From Candidatus Omnitrophota bacterium (GTDB taxonomy: Bacteria > Omnitrophota > Gorgyraeia > Zapsychrales > Zapsychraceae): 64,000 nucleotides of DNA. Under the pieces are notes generated by a model, which was not told the DNA's origin, ran no database searches, and saw only the letters and a list, made by a program, of their open reading frames with translations. Below, one piece after another: positions 28,995 to 39,600 of the stretch. Positions within the stretch are counted from its first letter, which is position 1; each line of letters begins with the position of its first letter. Both the position numbers and the translations under genes were made by a program. The stretch covers positions 4,201 through 68,200 of the forward strand of contig JAGVNC010000084.1 of assembly GCA_020053475.1 (NCBI GenBank), given 5' to 3'.

Positions 28995-30581
28995 TATCCA
29001 TTCCCAAATCTTCTGGGCCTGCTCAACCTTAAGGCCTAAACAGATGATTTCATAGAGGACAAACCCTAATCCCCCGATACAAAACAGCTTAACAACTTCA
29101 TTGGAAAAAAACCAGTGATTCCAGCTCCAGAACTCAAACACGCCGATCAACCCGGCAGCGGAGGTGACTTTAAGAAAATAACTTAACAAGTCGGAATTCA
29201 ATCCCCCCAAGCGTTTTTCCATGATGTACAACAAAACCAAAAAATCAATGGTCCCGGCAATCGAACTGGCCAAGGCAATCCCCCCGACTTTTAATGGGAA
29301 CATTAAAACAAAATTTAACGCCACATTAATCAGAAGGCAGGCTCCCGCGACTTTCACCGGAGTCTTCGTATCTTGAAGCGCGTAAAAACTCGTGACTAAA
29401 ATTTTAATGCCGCCAAAACTAAACAATCCAATTGAATAAAATGCCAAGGCCGAAGCGGTGATCGTCGTCGAATGTAAATCAAATTCTCCGCGCTGAAACA
29501 AAACGCGGATGATCGGGTTCGATAAAAAAAGAATAATCACCGTTGTGGGGCACATGATAAAGAAAATATTCTCCAGCGAAAAAACAATCATCTTCTTGAG
29601 GGCAGCCATGTCTTTACGGCTGGCGAGCCCCGACAATGAAGGCAAAACCGCCGAGGCTAACGCAACGCTAAAAATGCCCATGGGAAATTGAATAATCCTG
29701 TTGGAATAATAAATGGCTGAAATCCCCCCCGGGCCAACGATAAACGCCAACGATGCGCAGAAAGAATCAATAAAAACCGTCAATTGATAAATCCCGCTGC
29801 CGAACATGCGGGGAATCAGCAATCTGCCGATTTGCATGGCCCCGGGATGCTTAAGGCTTTTCGGTTTCTTAAGCCGAAACCCTATCTTAAACATCGGGGG
29901 AATCTGGACAGCCAATTGCAATACTCCTCCGACAAGGACACTGATGGCCAACCAATAAACGGGTTCGAGAGAAGTATAAAAAGAAATGCAGGCGCCGGCA
30001 ATCATGGCTAAATTAAGAAGGCAAGGGCTAAAAGCGGAGATGGCGAATGATTTAAATGTAAACAAAATCCCGACGCTATACGCGGTCAATCCGATGAGAA
30101 TCACATAAGGGAACATCAATTTTGTCAATTGGATCGTCATGGACAGCTTCTGAGGTTCGGCAATAAATCCGGGAGCCATCACCCGAACGATCCAAGGAGC
30201 GAACAAAATTCCTATCAATGTCAAGACACTCAGAATCATTAAGGCCAGGATTAAAATAACGTTCATAAATTCCCAAAGAGCGTTTTTATCGTATTTCTGT
30301 TTATATTCTGAAAAAACCGGCACAATGGCGGCTTGAGTCGCCCCCTCTCCCACTAAATCCCTCAATAGATTGGGGATCTTCTGGGCCAAGAAAAACGCAT
30401 CGGCCTTCCAACCGGTTCCCAATAACTTGGCGAGGATAACATCTCGGATAAACCCCAAGACGCGGGAGGCCAGCGTCCCCGAAGAGATAATGGACGTTGA
30501 GTGGATGATGGAGCGATGGGAATCCCCAATATCTGGGGTTAAAGTTCGCTCTGGGGCAGGTTGTGATTTATTAGTTGACAT
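28974..30581 (-). CDS. murJ: Lipid II flippase
   Basis: SRVLGFIRD, PNLLRDLVGEGA and FYALQDTKTPV motifs. Confidence 0.96.
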   Translation of the reverse strand: MSTNKSQPAPERTLTPDIGDSHRSIIHSTSIISSGTLASRVLGFIRDVILAKLLGTGWKADAFFLAQKIPNLLRDLVGEGATQAAIVPVFSEYKQKYDKNALWEFMNVILILALMILSVLTLIGILFAPWIVRVMAPGFIAEPQKLSMTIQLTKLMFPYVILIGLTAYSVGILFTFKSFAISAFSPCLLNLAMIAGACISFYTSLEPVYWLAISVLVGGVLQLAVQIPPMFKIGFRLKKPKSLKHPGAMQIGRLLIPRMFGSGIYQLTVFIDSFCASLAFIVGPGGISAIYYSNRIIQFPMGIFSVALASAVLPSLSGLASRKDMAALKKMIVFSLENIFFIMCPTTVIILFLSNPIIRVLFQRGEFDLHSTTITASALAFYSIGLFSFGGIKILVTSFYALQDTKTPVKVAGACLLINVALNFVLMFPLKVGGIALASSIAGTIDFLVLLYIMEKRLGGLNSDLLSYFLKVTSAAGLIGVFEFWSWNHWFFSNEVVKLFCIGGLGFVLYEIICLGLKVEQAQKIWEWIRRVKSI

Positions 30582-30603
30582 CTGAAAACCTATTTGTTAA
30601 TAT
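30575..30603 (+). promoter_or_regulatory. Sigma70-type promoter of rpsT
   Basis: TTGACA-17 bp-TAATAT with a TG extension. Confidence 0.6.
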
Positions 30604-30660
30604 TAATCCTCTTTTGGAATCGGAATCGACAATCGTTATTCATTAAAGGAGTTTTAGGCT

Positions 30661-30924
30661 GTGCCACAACGTAGGACTCAAATCAAAGATTTGCGTAAAA
30701 GCCAGAAAAAGCATTTACATAATTTGGACATTAAAACGGATTTAAGAAAAACAATTAAACATTTTCTATCTTCCGTCAATACCAAAAACAAGCAAGAAGC
30801 TTCCGATCAATTAAAAATTGTTTATAAAAAATTAGACAAGGCCGTGAAACGCCGCATTCTCCCCTTCAATACCGCGTCCCGACGTAAATCAAAATTTACG
30901 AAGTTAATAGCGAACTTAGCTTAA
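30661..30924 (+). CDS. rpsT: 30S ribosomal protein S20
   Basis: LDKAVKRRIL..NTASRRKS; AAGGAG SD. Confidence 0.93.
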   Translation: MPQRRTQIKDLRKSQKKHLHNLDIKTDLRKTIKHFLSSVNTKNKQEASDQLKIVYKKLDKAVKRRILPFNTASRRKSKFTKLIANLA

Positions 30925-31549
30925 CAACAGCCACTTCTAGCGCATATTCCGGTTGAAGAAGACTGCGCTTAATCTGCAGGTCCGCTTCCTGTAAATGCTT
31001 CAATCCTTGATGAAATTTCTGTGCGGGCAATCGTTGCTTGGATTTGCCCCAAAACCAAACTAACCCTCCCATGATTTGCAACGGATGGTCCCCATTTTCC
31101 AAAAGGCCCGACAAAATTTTTAACGCGTCTTGGGGCTGCCGGCTGGCCATCGCCCGCGTCATGTCAAAAACGTTTTGCGACACTTCTTGAGTCGTTGTCC
31201 GCAGTACTTGGGCCTTGGCGGGAAGCATTTTCAAAAAACTTTGAGGAAAGCCCTCATCCGTGTCCAAAATCAAGACGGTCGTTGGATTCTGCATTGCTAA
31301 AGATTCCAGGATTAACTTGCGATGGTGATCCGTTAATTTGTGGGCTTCCCGGATCATCACAAGCCGTTGAGAAGCGACAGCCGGTAAAGCCAGGAGAGAT
31401 TTCTTTAATGTGGCGGGATCTAAATCGATGGCGTGAAGCACTTCATAATCAAAATCGGGTGATTCTAGCGGCTGAAAAACTTTTTTTTTAATCGCCGCAA
31501 TCTTTTCGTCTTTGGCTGATCTGTCTTCGCCGAGTAGGATATAAATCAT
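30896..31549 (-). CDS. holA: DNA polymerase III delta subunit (short form)
   Basis: MIYILLGED, LP...RLVMIREA, NVFDM and L.EADLQIK motifs; conserved lptE-holA-rpsT context. Confidence 0.8.
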   Translation of the reverse strand: MIYILLGEDRSAKDEKIAAIKKKVFQPLESPDFDYEVLHAIDLDPATLKKSLLALPAVASQRLVMIREAHKLTDHHRKLILESLAMQNPTTVLILDTDEGFPQSFLKMLPAKAQVLRTTTQEVSQNVFDMTRAMASRQPQDALKILSGLLENGDHPLQIMGGLVWFWGKSKQRLPAQKFHQGLKHLQEADLQIKRSLLQPEYALEVAVVKLSSLLTS

Positions 31550-31554
31550 AACTA

Positions 31555-31612
31555 AAGTTACATGTCACAAGTAAAAGCATTTTCTTGTGATTTGTGTCGT
31601 GTGTCTTGTGAC
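31555..31612. repeat. 7-bp-periodic inverted-repeat element (TCACAAG/CTTGTGA family)
   Basis: agttaca tgtcaca agt ... cttgtga tttgtgt cgtgtgt cttgtga. Confidence 0.6.
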
Positions 31613-31616
31613 TCCT

Positions 31617-32147
31617 TTACCAATCCTCTAATGTCCGCTCGACAATGCGACGGCCCAAATCTTCCACCGCTTCTTCCAAGGCGTCTTGCTCTGAGATCGC
31701 GCCCGGCCCGGAAACCAAATAGGTAGCTTCTCCCGTAAACCCCGATTCCACCCAAGAAATTTCCTGTTTGGTTGCGTCCCACATTTCCAAATTAACACCA
31801 ACATGGACGCGGTATTCTTGCACATCGTCATTATCCGTAAAACGCAACGCGGTTTTGTCATAGCTGGCAAGCTCTCCTCGTAGGACGAGATCCGCTGTTT
31901 CAGGAGTCGTGATTTTCAAATACCCGTTAAATAAAAATCGGTCAATGATGGACTTGCGCACTTCGACTTCCAGCAAAGGAAAGTAAACGTTACGCTTGTT
32001 CTCTTTGGTATAATCAATTTTATTCTTAAAAGGCTCGATATAAATCGTTTTGATGTGGCTGGGGAGAGTCGATCTTGTCGTATACCCACAACTGAAAAAG
32101 ACAACGGGGGCAATAGCCAGAACTATTAAACAGAGATATTTTTTCAT
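31617..32147 (-). CDS. lptE: LPS assembly lipoprotein LptE
   Basis: Lipobox SCGY, LPSHIKTIYIEPFKN, C-terminal W; gene context. Confidence 0.85.
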   Translation of the reverse strand: MKKYLCLIVLAIAPVVFFSCGYTTRSTLPSHIKTIYIEPFKNKIDYTKENKRNVYFPLLEVEVRKSIIDRFLFNGYLKITTPETADLVLRGELASYDKTALRFTDNDDVQEYRVHVGVNLEMWDATKQEISWVESGFTGEATYLVSGPGAISEQDALEEAVEDLGRRIVERTLEDW

Positions 32148-33103
32148 TGAATTTTTTGATTAAGCTGTTGGATTTTTTCCAAAGCCTTGGCAGCCCAGAC
32201 TGTGTTCTCAAAGCCATCCACAACGGCTTGATAATAAACTTTGGCCGCTTGATAGGATTTTTGTTTTTCATAAAATTGGGCGATGAGAAAAGCGTTTTGG
32301 GCCTCTTTATCGTTGAGGTGCTGGATGTTGACCTTGGCTTCGTCTGAAAACTCGGCATCCGGATAAATCGACACAAACTCTTTAAATTCCTTTGCAGCTG
32401 CCTGAGTGACTTTCTGGTCGTATTGCGCGTCTGTAGACCGCTTCGCGTCGGCAACGGCAATTTGATATTTGGCGGCTTTGACCCATTCGCTATCCGGATA
32501 ATCGTTGATTAATTTTTCAAATTCGTCACGCGACTCCTGATACATCCCTTTTTCCAGGAAAAACAGACCAACCTTATATTGGGACGGTGCGGCCAATTCC
32601 CCGTACGGGGCATTTTTAATCACCGTTCGAAAGACATCGATGACATTATAATCGCCTCCGACAACGGCATTCACAAATTTATTTTGGCTGTTATTCCCCT
32701 CTAAAAGCTTAATGCCGATATCGTATTCTTTTTTGATAATATCCCGGGCACGCTCACTAAAGGGATACCGATCGATCACCAGTTGATATTGTTTAAAGGC
32801 CTGGGATAAATCACCTTGCTCCTCGGAAATAAGGGCAATGTAATATTGAGCTTCGGGGGCCTCGCGGGCGCGGGGATAATGCTTGATGAGCTTATTCAAT
32901 TCGCGGGTGGCCTCTTGATACTGCTTGGACTTATAAAAATCTAACGCCAACTCAAGCTGTTCGCCCGGGGTGTCCTTAACGGAGAATTTGGGGTTTTCCC
33001 ATTTATTGGTTTCCGGCGTCCACATCCAAAACGCGAAAACATTGTTTGTGGGGACCAATAAAAAGACTACTAATAAATATATAAATATTATCTTACGTAT
33101 CAT
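32144..33103 (-). CDS. bamD: Outer membrane assembly factor BamD-like TPR protein
   Basis: Repeated TPR helices with YP.S motifs and YDQ.VT..A; adjacent to lptE. Confidence 0.8.
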   Translation of the reverse strand: MIRKIIFIYLLVVFLLVPTNNVFAFWMWTPETNKWENPKFSVKDTPGEQLELALDFYKSKQYQEATRELNKLIKHYPRAREAPEAQYYIALISEEQGDLSQAFKQYQLVIDRYPFSERARDIIKKEYDIGIKLLEGNNSQNKFVNAVVGGDYNVIDVFRTVIKNAPYGELAAPSQYKVGLFFLEKGMYQESRDEFEKLINDYPDSEWVKAAKYQIAVADAKRSTDAQYDQKVTQAAAKEFKEFVSIYPDAEFSDEAKVNIQHLNDKEAQNAFLIAQFYEKQKSYQAAKVYYQAVVDGFENTVWAAKALEKIQQLNQKIQ

Positions 33104-33258
33104 TCCGCAAATTTAGCACACTCTCTTGGCTTTGTCAAATCCATAAAAAAGCTCCTATCCTCTTGCCATAGAATATTTAAGTTTAATTTACCCCACTTTA
33201 TTATGCGATCATCCCTGATCAATTAAATTTTCAGCCCCGGCTACCTACAACTGTAGAT

Positions 33259-33513
33259 CTACTCGACACGCTCGCAAGAAACCAAATCCCCACTCTCCCA
33301 TGGAGACAGGGGAGTGCCCTCCCCCAACTCTAACTTTTTTGCGGCCATATGAAACTCTTTTGTAGCCTTACAACGAGCTTCGGCTTCATTAGCGGCTTCC
33401 ACTTCATATATCCCTTTGTAACTGCTAGATCTCCAGTGAGGGGATTGTTCATCTATAGATTCTCCTTTTGCGAATTGCTGGAAGCGTTCCGAATATGCCA
33501 GCCTACCAATCAT
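33259..33513 (-). CDS. Small hypothetical protein
   Basis: 84-aa ORF with IYEVEAANEAEA, a pattern seen in small phage-like proteins. Confidence 0.45.
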   Translation of the reverse strand: MIGRLAYSERFQQFAKGESIDEQSPHWRSSSYKGIYEVEAANEAEARCKATKEFHMAAKKLELGEGTPLSPWESGDLVSCERVE

Positions 33514-33693
33514 TAGGTGTTACCATTCGGAACGCCTCCGAATTTCCCTCCGGATTTCCCAACCTCTCCCACAGGCACGGAACAGATCAGGTGAAGCAAC
33601 GTGGTGTCATCCAAGGGTTTGAAACAGATGGTAGTCTGCGGAACGCGAAACGGCTCATGGTTCTCAAGGTTAAAGGCGTTTCTGTTGCTTTCG

Positions 33694-36600
33694 TCACAGT
33701 CTGGTTTTCGTTGGGATGGGGGGGGACTTAGGCGTGATGGTGCTGGGTGTGACGGTGATGGGTGTGTCATGGGTATAATAGGGGGAAGCGGCTCCCACCG
33801 TATCGATGGCTCGGCAGCGGAGAAGCGCCTGGGCTTTCTCTGACAGGGTGTTCAAATTCCACACGACCGCCTCCCCTGCAGAATGCGTGCCAATGAGATT
33901 CCAGTCTCCTCCGTACACCTCGTACACCTCCTCCCCGATCTCGATGGCAGGAGGAACCGCAGCGGCCAGTGCGCGCTCAAATGCAGGAGCCGGCGTATCG
34001 AGTTGGAAGGTAGGGAAATCTTCGAGGAACAAGGTCAAGGTCTCTCCTGGCAACATGGTGATTGCCGTACTATTCGTTAAGGCATAGTTACAACTGCTCG
34101 CCGGGCCGCTCAGGCAGAACCCTTTCGCGGTGTGATCGAGCTTCGCCGCGGTATCTGGGCCGGGAAGAAAGAGGAGGGCTTCTCCGGTTGTCGAACTCCA
34201 ATACCCGCTCAACGGCGGCCATCCGACCTGCATCGTCGCGAAGCCTGGGATGAGAACAGAAGCGAGGGTTCCATCCATCGACGTGGAGATCCACGTATCG
34301 AAGGAAGGATTGTAGTAACGCGTGTCAAAGAAGCGTACTTCATTGAGCGTAATGGGCGGACCGGTCCGGATGATGCGCAGGAGCGGGCTCTTGGCATTCG
34401 ACCATGCGTGGATCTCGGCCGCCCATCCTGTCCCTTGCTTGGCCACGGCACGCCAGAACGCATAGGTGGCGCTACTCTCTTGGAGCGTGAAGTCGAAAGT
34501 ATGCCATCCGTCTGCGTAGAAGGAGAGCGCCACCGCTGGGCCAGCCGCCCCTGGATACGCAGTATTGAAGACATAGCCCGTGGGATACTGATGGTTGCAC
34601 GTGACTCGTCCAATCGAAGCTGAGAGTTCACAATTAAGACTGATGTCCGTCTGCGGAGCCCAGGACAGATAATTATCATTGGCGATGATGGATCCTGGGT
34701 ACGTTGGCAATGAAGCACCGCTGTTACCATAATAAATAGCATAGTTGGTTTTGCCTTGAATATCTGCAAGAAACGTGATGGTTCCCTGGAGAAGACTGGC
34801 ATAACTGGGCACTTCATTTCCACCCTGGCCACAGGGCGCATCGATGACGCGTATGGCATTGGCCTGACCACCAAACATCGATAAATCCAGGAACACCGGC
34901 GTGGCAGGCCGTGGAATCGGCTGAGGAAGTGGATCGGTGAATGTCACGGTTCGACACGACTGCCATGTCCCTAACGACGCCTCGACGTCATACATCAGCA
35001 AGTCACCTGGAGAATCGGAAGACCCGGAGCAGGCGAGCGCAACCGATTCAAAAAACGTGCCCTTGCAGACGGCACCATTGCAAGAGAGCGACGTGGGAAT
35101 CGTCGGGGGGGTGTTGAGCGTAAAGGTCACCGACGTGAAAGCGGGATGGCCCACCGCATCGTTGGCGAACAGGGTCAGCGAATGGGGGCCGGCAGTGACT
35201 TGCAGGGTGGTCGGCGCACAGGACGGCAGGGCCTGCGGCGGACTCTCGTCGAGCGTGTACCAACATGACGCGACCCCACTGAACGCATCCGTCACGGTAT
35301 AGCTGAGGGGAATCGGGAGCGCGGCATACGTGATGTCCTTTGGCGACTCCAAGGTGATGGCCGGCGGTGTGATATCGAGCGCGATGCTCGCGACCTGGAT
35401 GGTTTCGCTATTGTTCACGATGTCCTGGGAGTGGAATCTGAGGTAGTTCGTCCCCTCTGTCGAGATGAAAAACGGCGCAGAATACGTTAGGAACGGGACA
35501 CACGAATTGTTTTGATCAAGACAATAGAGAGTCGTCGCGCACCCGGCGCCCCCGGCATCGGTACACGTCAACGTCACCAGCGCATCCGTACTCTGCCAGC
35601 CTTGGGGCACGCTGGCGGAAGTCACGGGCGGCAGGTTATCAATGGTAAAGGCCACGGTGGTTGCGGTTTCATGCCCCAGGACATCGCTCGCCCCAATCGT
35701 CAGGTTATGGGGGCCGGGGGAGAGTTGTTGAAGGATGGTGTGCTCACACGCCGGGAGCGTCTGCGCCATGCCGTCATCCAGCGTGTACCAACAACTCTGG
35801 ATGCCACTCAATGCATCGGCCGCTTCGTAGACCACTGGAAGATCAGCCAGCGGGTAGACACTGTTGTTGGTGGGGGACTCGATGACAAGTGACGGGGGTG
35901 TTTTATCGAGCAAGACAATGTGCGACTGGATGGTTTCCAGATTACCGGCGTTATCTTTGGCTTGGATGCGGAGATAATGTGTTCCCTCATTGGAAATCAG
36001 CACGGGGGCTTGATACGGCGTCAGAGGAAGACAGGCATTCTCTTGATCGACGCAATAGTCTATCGTCGCGCACCCGGCACCCCCACTATCGGTACACGTC
36101 AAGGTCACCAGCGCATCCATACTCTGCCAACCTTGGGGAAAGACGCCGGAGGTCACGGGAGGAAGATTATCAATCGTCAGCGTGCCGGATGACACAAGCG
36201 GTTGGCTCTGCTGTCCTTCCGCAGACGCCACACAACGCAAATGCACATTCTCTATTGCATCAAATGCCGACGTATCCCAGAGCACGGAACCGCCAGCCGG
36301 GTGCGTACCGATCGGCGTCCAGGCCTTGAAGGTCGGCACGAGGGGCGCGACAAAGCGATCATACGCTTCCACACTTTGTGGCCCCATCGCCTGCTCCAAC
36401 GAGCCGGTCGTGAAGATCAGCCGCCAGGGATGGATGGTGCCAGACGGGAACGGCTGCACCGACAGCGGATACCAGGTGCCGCCAAAGCTCGGTTGGCCGC
36501 CATTGTTACTGACCCCCAGGGGGTGCGGCAGTTGCGAGGCATAGGTCATCGCGAGCACTTGTTCCAGAGAAAGATTAGATTCGGATTTCGAGATCGCCAC

Positions 36601-39600
36601 GCGCGTCCGCTCCTGGTCGCCAAAGGTAAGCACCGGCGCACTGGCCGAGGCCGTGTAGACACTGGGATTGCTGCCGTAACTGTAAGAGAACGGCGTGGGG
36701 CCGGTTGAGCCGCCGGTGTAGAAGGCCACCGTATCCCCCCACGCCGTGCCTCCATTAAAGGAGGAGCGTACATCAATCCAGGGGCTGCCACGGTAGAATC
36801 GGAACGCCTGCCACGCGAGCCCTCCGGGCTTGGCGCAAGTGACCTCCACGACGACTGGTCCACTGGCCGTCACCGAACAGGCGGCATCGGTGACGGTGCG
36901 ATCAAAGATGGCGGTGCCAGGCCCTGTCCATGTGGTATTGGTCAACATGCCCAGCGACCCATCCGAATCCGGAGCGTTTTCATAATCCCACCCGATGAGC
37001 CCTTGCGTGAGGGAAAACGGTTTGTACACGAGTTCGTGGATGACGCCGCCGGCATGGTCTAGCCAAGCTTTCACCACCGCATTTTCGATGGTACAGTCTG
37101 CGCTGACACAATCGCCGGTGTGCACCAGATCGGAACTGTACGTCGGGGCGCCTTGATCGGTGGTGGCGTAGTAGATCCCGTACGCCACCGGCGTGCCAGC
37201 GGGACGCGTGGCCAGGAAGACCAGGCGGGTGCTCTGATACGTCGTGCCGACCAGCGTCGACTCATACGTTTGCGAAGGAATTTCTTGGCCGCCGGCGCCA
37301 CAGGCCGCATCGACGACCCGTAAGGAATCTTTGAAGGGCGCCTCGGTCCAGACCGAGGCATCCAACATGAGGTCCACCGGTTCCGACTCATAGGCCAGGG
37401 GGGAGGCCGTATCTAATGTCACTGTGAAACACTTCGGAAACGCCGGATTCCACCAGCCGGGTTGTTGCACATCTTGTTCATCTTCATGCCATTCTTCGGC
37501 GGTATACACGAGCGGGTCCTGCTGTGCGTCCGTGGCGCCGCTGCAAACCACATCGATGGTCCCGGAAAACAGCCCGGTGCAATTGCCGTCATTACACTGC
37601 ATCGCGGTCGGCGGTGTCGGGGGGGTGTTCTGTTGGCACGCCAACGTACAGTCTTGCGTGCCGGCCATCACGCCTTCACAGGCAGGGTCAGCTGTACAAC
37701 CCGCAGCATACAGCGACGACCGACAGATCGGCGCGTTGTCTTCTCCGGTACAGATGGCGGAACACGTATCGCTAAAGTAGGTCTTCCCGACGGCGCATCC
37801 CGGAAGATCGCTGCCAGGAAACACCTGATCGCAGGACGCATCCGCACCGCACGCTGCGGCACAAATTTCCGCCACATCATCTCCGCTACCTCCCTGCCAG
37901 TCGCATTGGAAGATTGCAAGCGATGAGCACGCGTCCTGTTCTTTTTCATCACAGTATTGCGGAGCCCCACAGGTGCTCTCGGCCGACAGGACACAATCCG
38001 TACCGGTCACTTCGCAGGCCCGTTCGTTGAACGAGCCGCCGTGTTCACACGCATCTTCATGCGGCGTGGTTTCATCGCACGACGGGGGAGCCCCGAATGC
38101 CTCTTCGCAACTGCCGCCACCGCTACACGTCATCGTGGTGCCAGCACATTGCAGTGACGATTCGAGTTCGCCATTGCGGCAGGCTTCCCCATACGTGTTG
38201 CACGACCCATCCGAGCATGTCTGTCCTGTCGGAGATGCCTCCACGCAATTGCCACCATTGACAGAGCACGCGGCTCCGCAACAGAATCCATTTTTCGCAG
38301 GAACCCCAAGACCGCAGTCGCCGTCGTTGCAATCCACAAATCCATCACAATCATTGTCAACACCGTCGTTGCACAGTTCTGCTTGGAGACAGGAGACGCA
38401 CACGTTACTCAGCGGATTGCTGTCTGGTTTCTTGCAGTAATTGCCCGGGCCGCAGTCCGCGTCCGCCCCGCAGTTCAGCACCAGATAGTTCTCACTATGC
38501 TCGCCAACGTCGAACTGGCCGTTCTCGTTCGTGTCCCAGTACTCCCACAGCTTGCCCCCGTAGAACCCGTACCCGTAGGGATTCCCGGCCGGGTAATTGG
38601 AGAGGCACAGGATGTCGGGGAAGCCGATCTCGTTCACGGGGCCCGTGTACGTCTTCGTGACCGTCACCGCGTTCTCGACCTTCTCGTCGCAGTCCCCGTC
38701 GTAGCAGCCGTAGGACATGGTCTGGGCGAAGTTCACCATGTCGCTCACGAGGTAGCCTGATTTCACCTCGCAGCGGAACCACACCTTGTACGTGTCGCCT
38801 GCGAGCATGTAGTGCTCCAGATAGCCGTCGTTGTCCACGTCCGCATGCTTCCACTGGTAATTGTTCGCGCAGTACGGGCCGTACTTTATGGTGTCGACGT
38901 ACCCGGAGTATGGCGGCTCGTTTACGACGATCGTCCAGTTGTAGCATTCGTTCTCATCGCCGCCGCAGATGTTCTCGTCGGTCTGCCCGTCGCAGTTGTT
39001 ATCCACACCGTCGTGCGGACACACTTCCGTTGTTGGACCCTGCCCTCCGGTGCACGGGCCCCACTGGCCGCTTACGCATGTCTGCGTGCCGAAGGAGCAT
39101 GCTCCTACATCTGTTCCACAGGGCTTGGTCTGACCGTTCACACAACTGCACCCTTCATCCGTGATCCCGTCACAATTATCATCGATGCCGTTGCAGAGTT
39201 CCTGCGCGCCGGGGGTGCCGGTGCTGCAGCTGGATTTGCATTGGGACGTCGTCGGATTGCACCCGTAGGCGCAGTCTTGGACCAATGTTTCCTGAAGAAT
39301 CGTGTCCTGAAGGGCGCAAATACCTTCCATTGGAATGGTCGAGCTGCAGCCATACTGGTACTGGGTGGTGAGCACATAGACATCGTCATTTTTGCAGTAC
39401 GGTGATGAGGAAAAACTGTAGTTTTGCGCTTCACACACTGTTTCGCAAGGATAATAGCCGCATGGGTTCAGTTGGCATGCCAGCCATCCTCCACTGATTT
39501 CACCGATTGCAAGAGCAGAGCAAAAGCCACAATTCAGGAGATCAAAGAACACTTTTAATCCGATCCCTTCTAACAGCATCGTCCCGTAAATCTTAAACGC

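Noticed and set aside
28852-29007. N-terminal extension of UvrC in the ORF track
   Set aside because: It reads through repeat elements and overlaps murJ; homology starts at about 28851.
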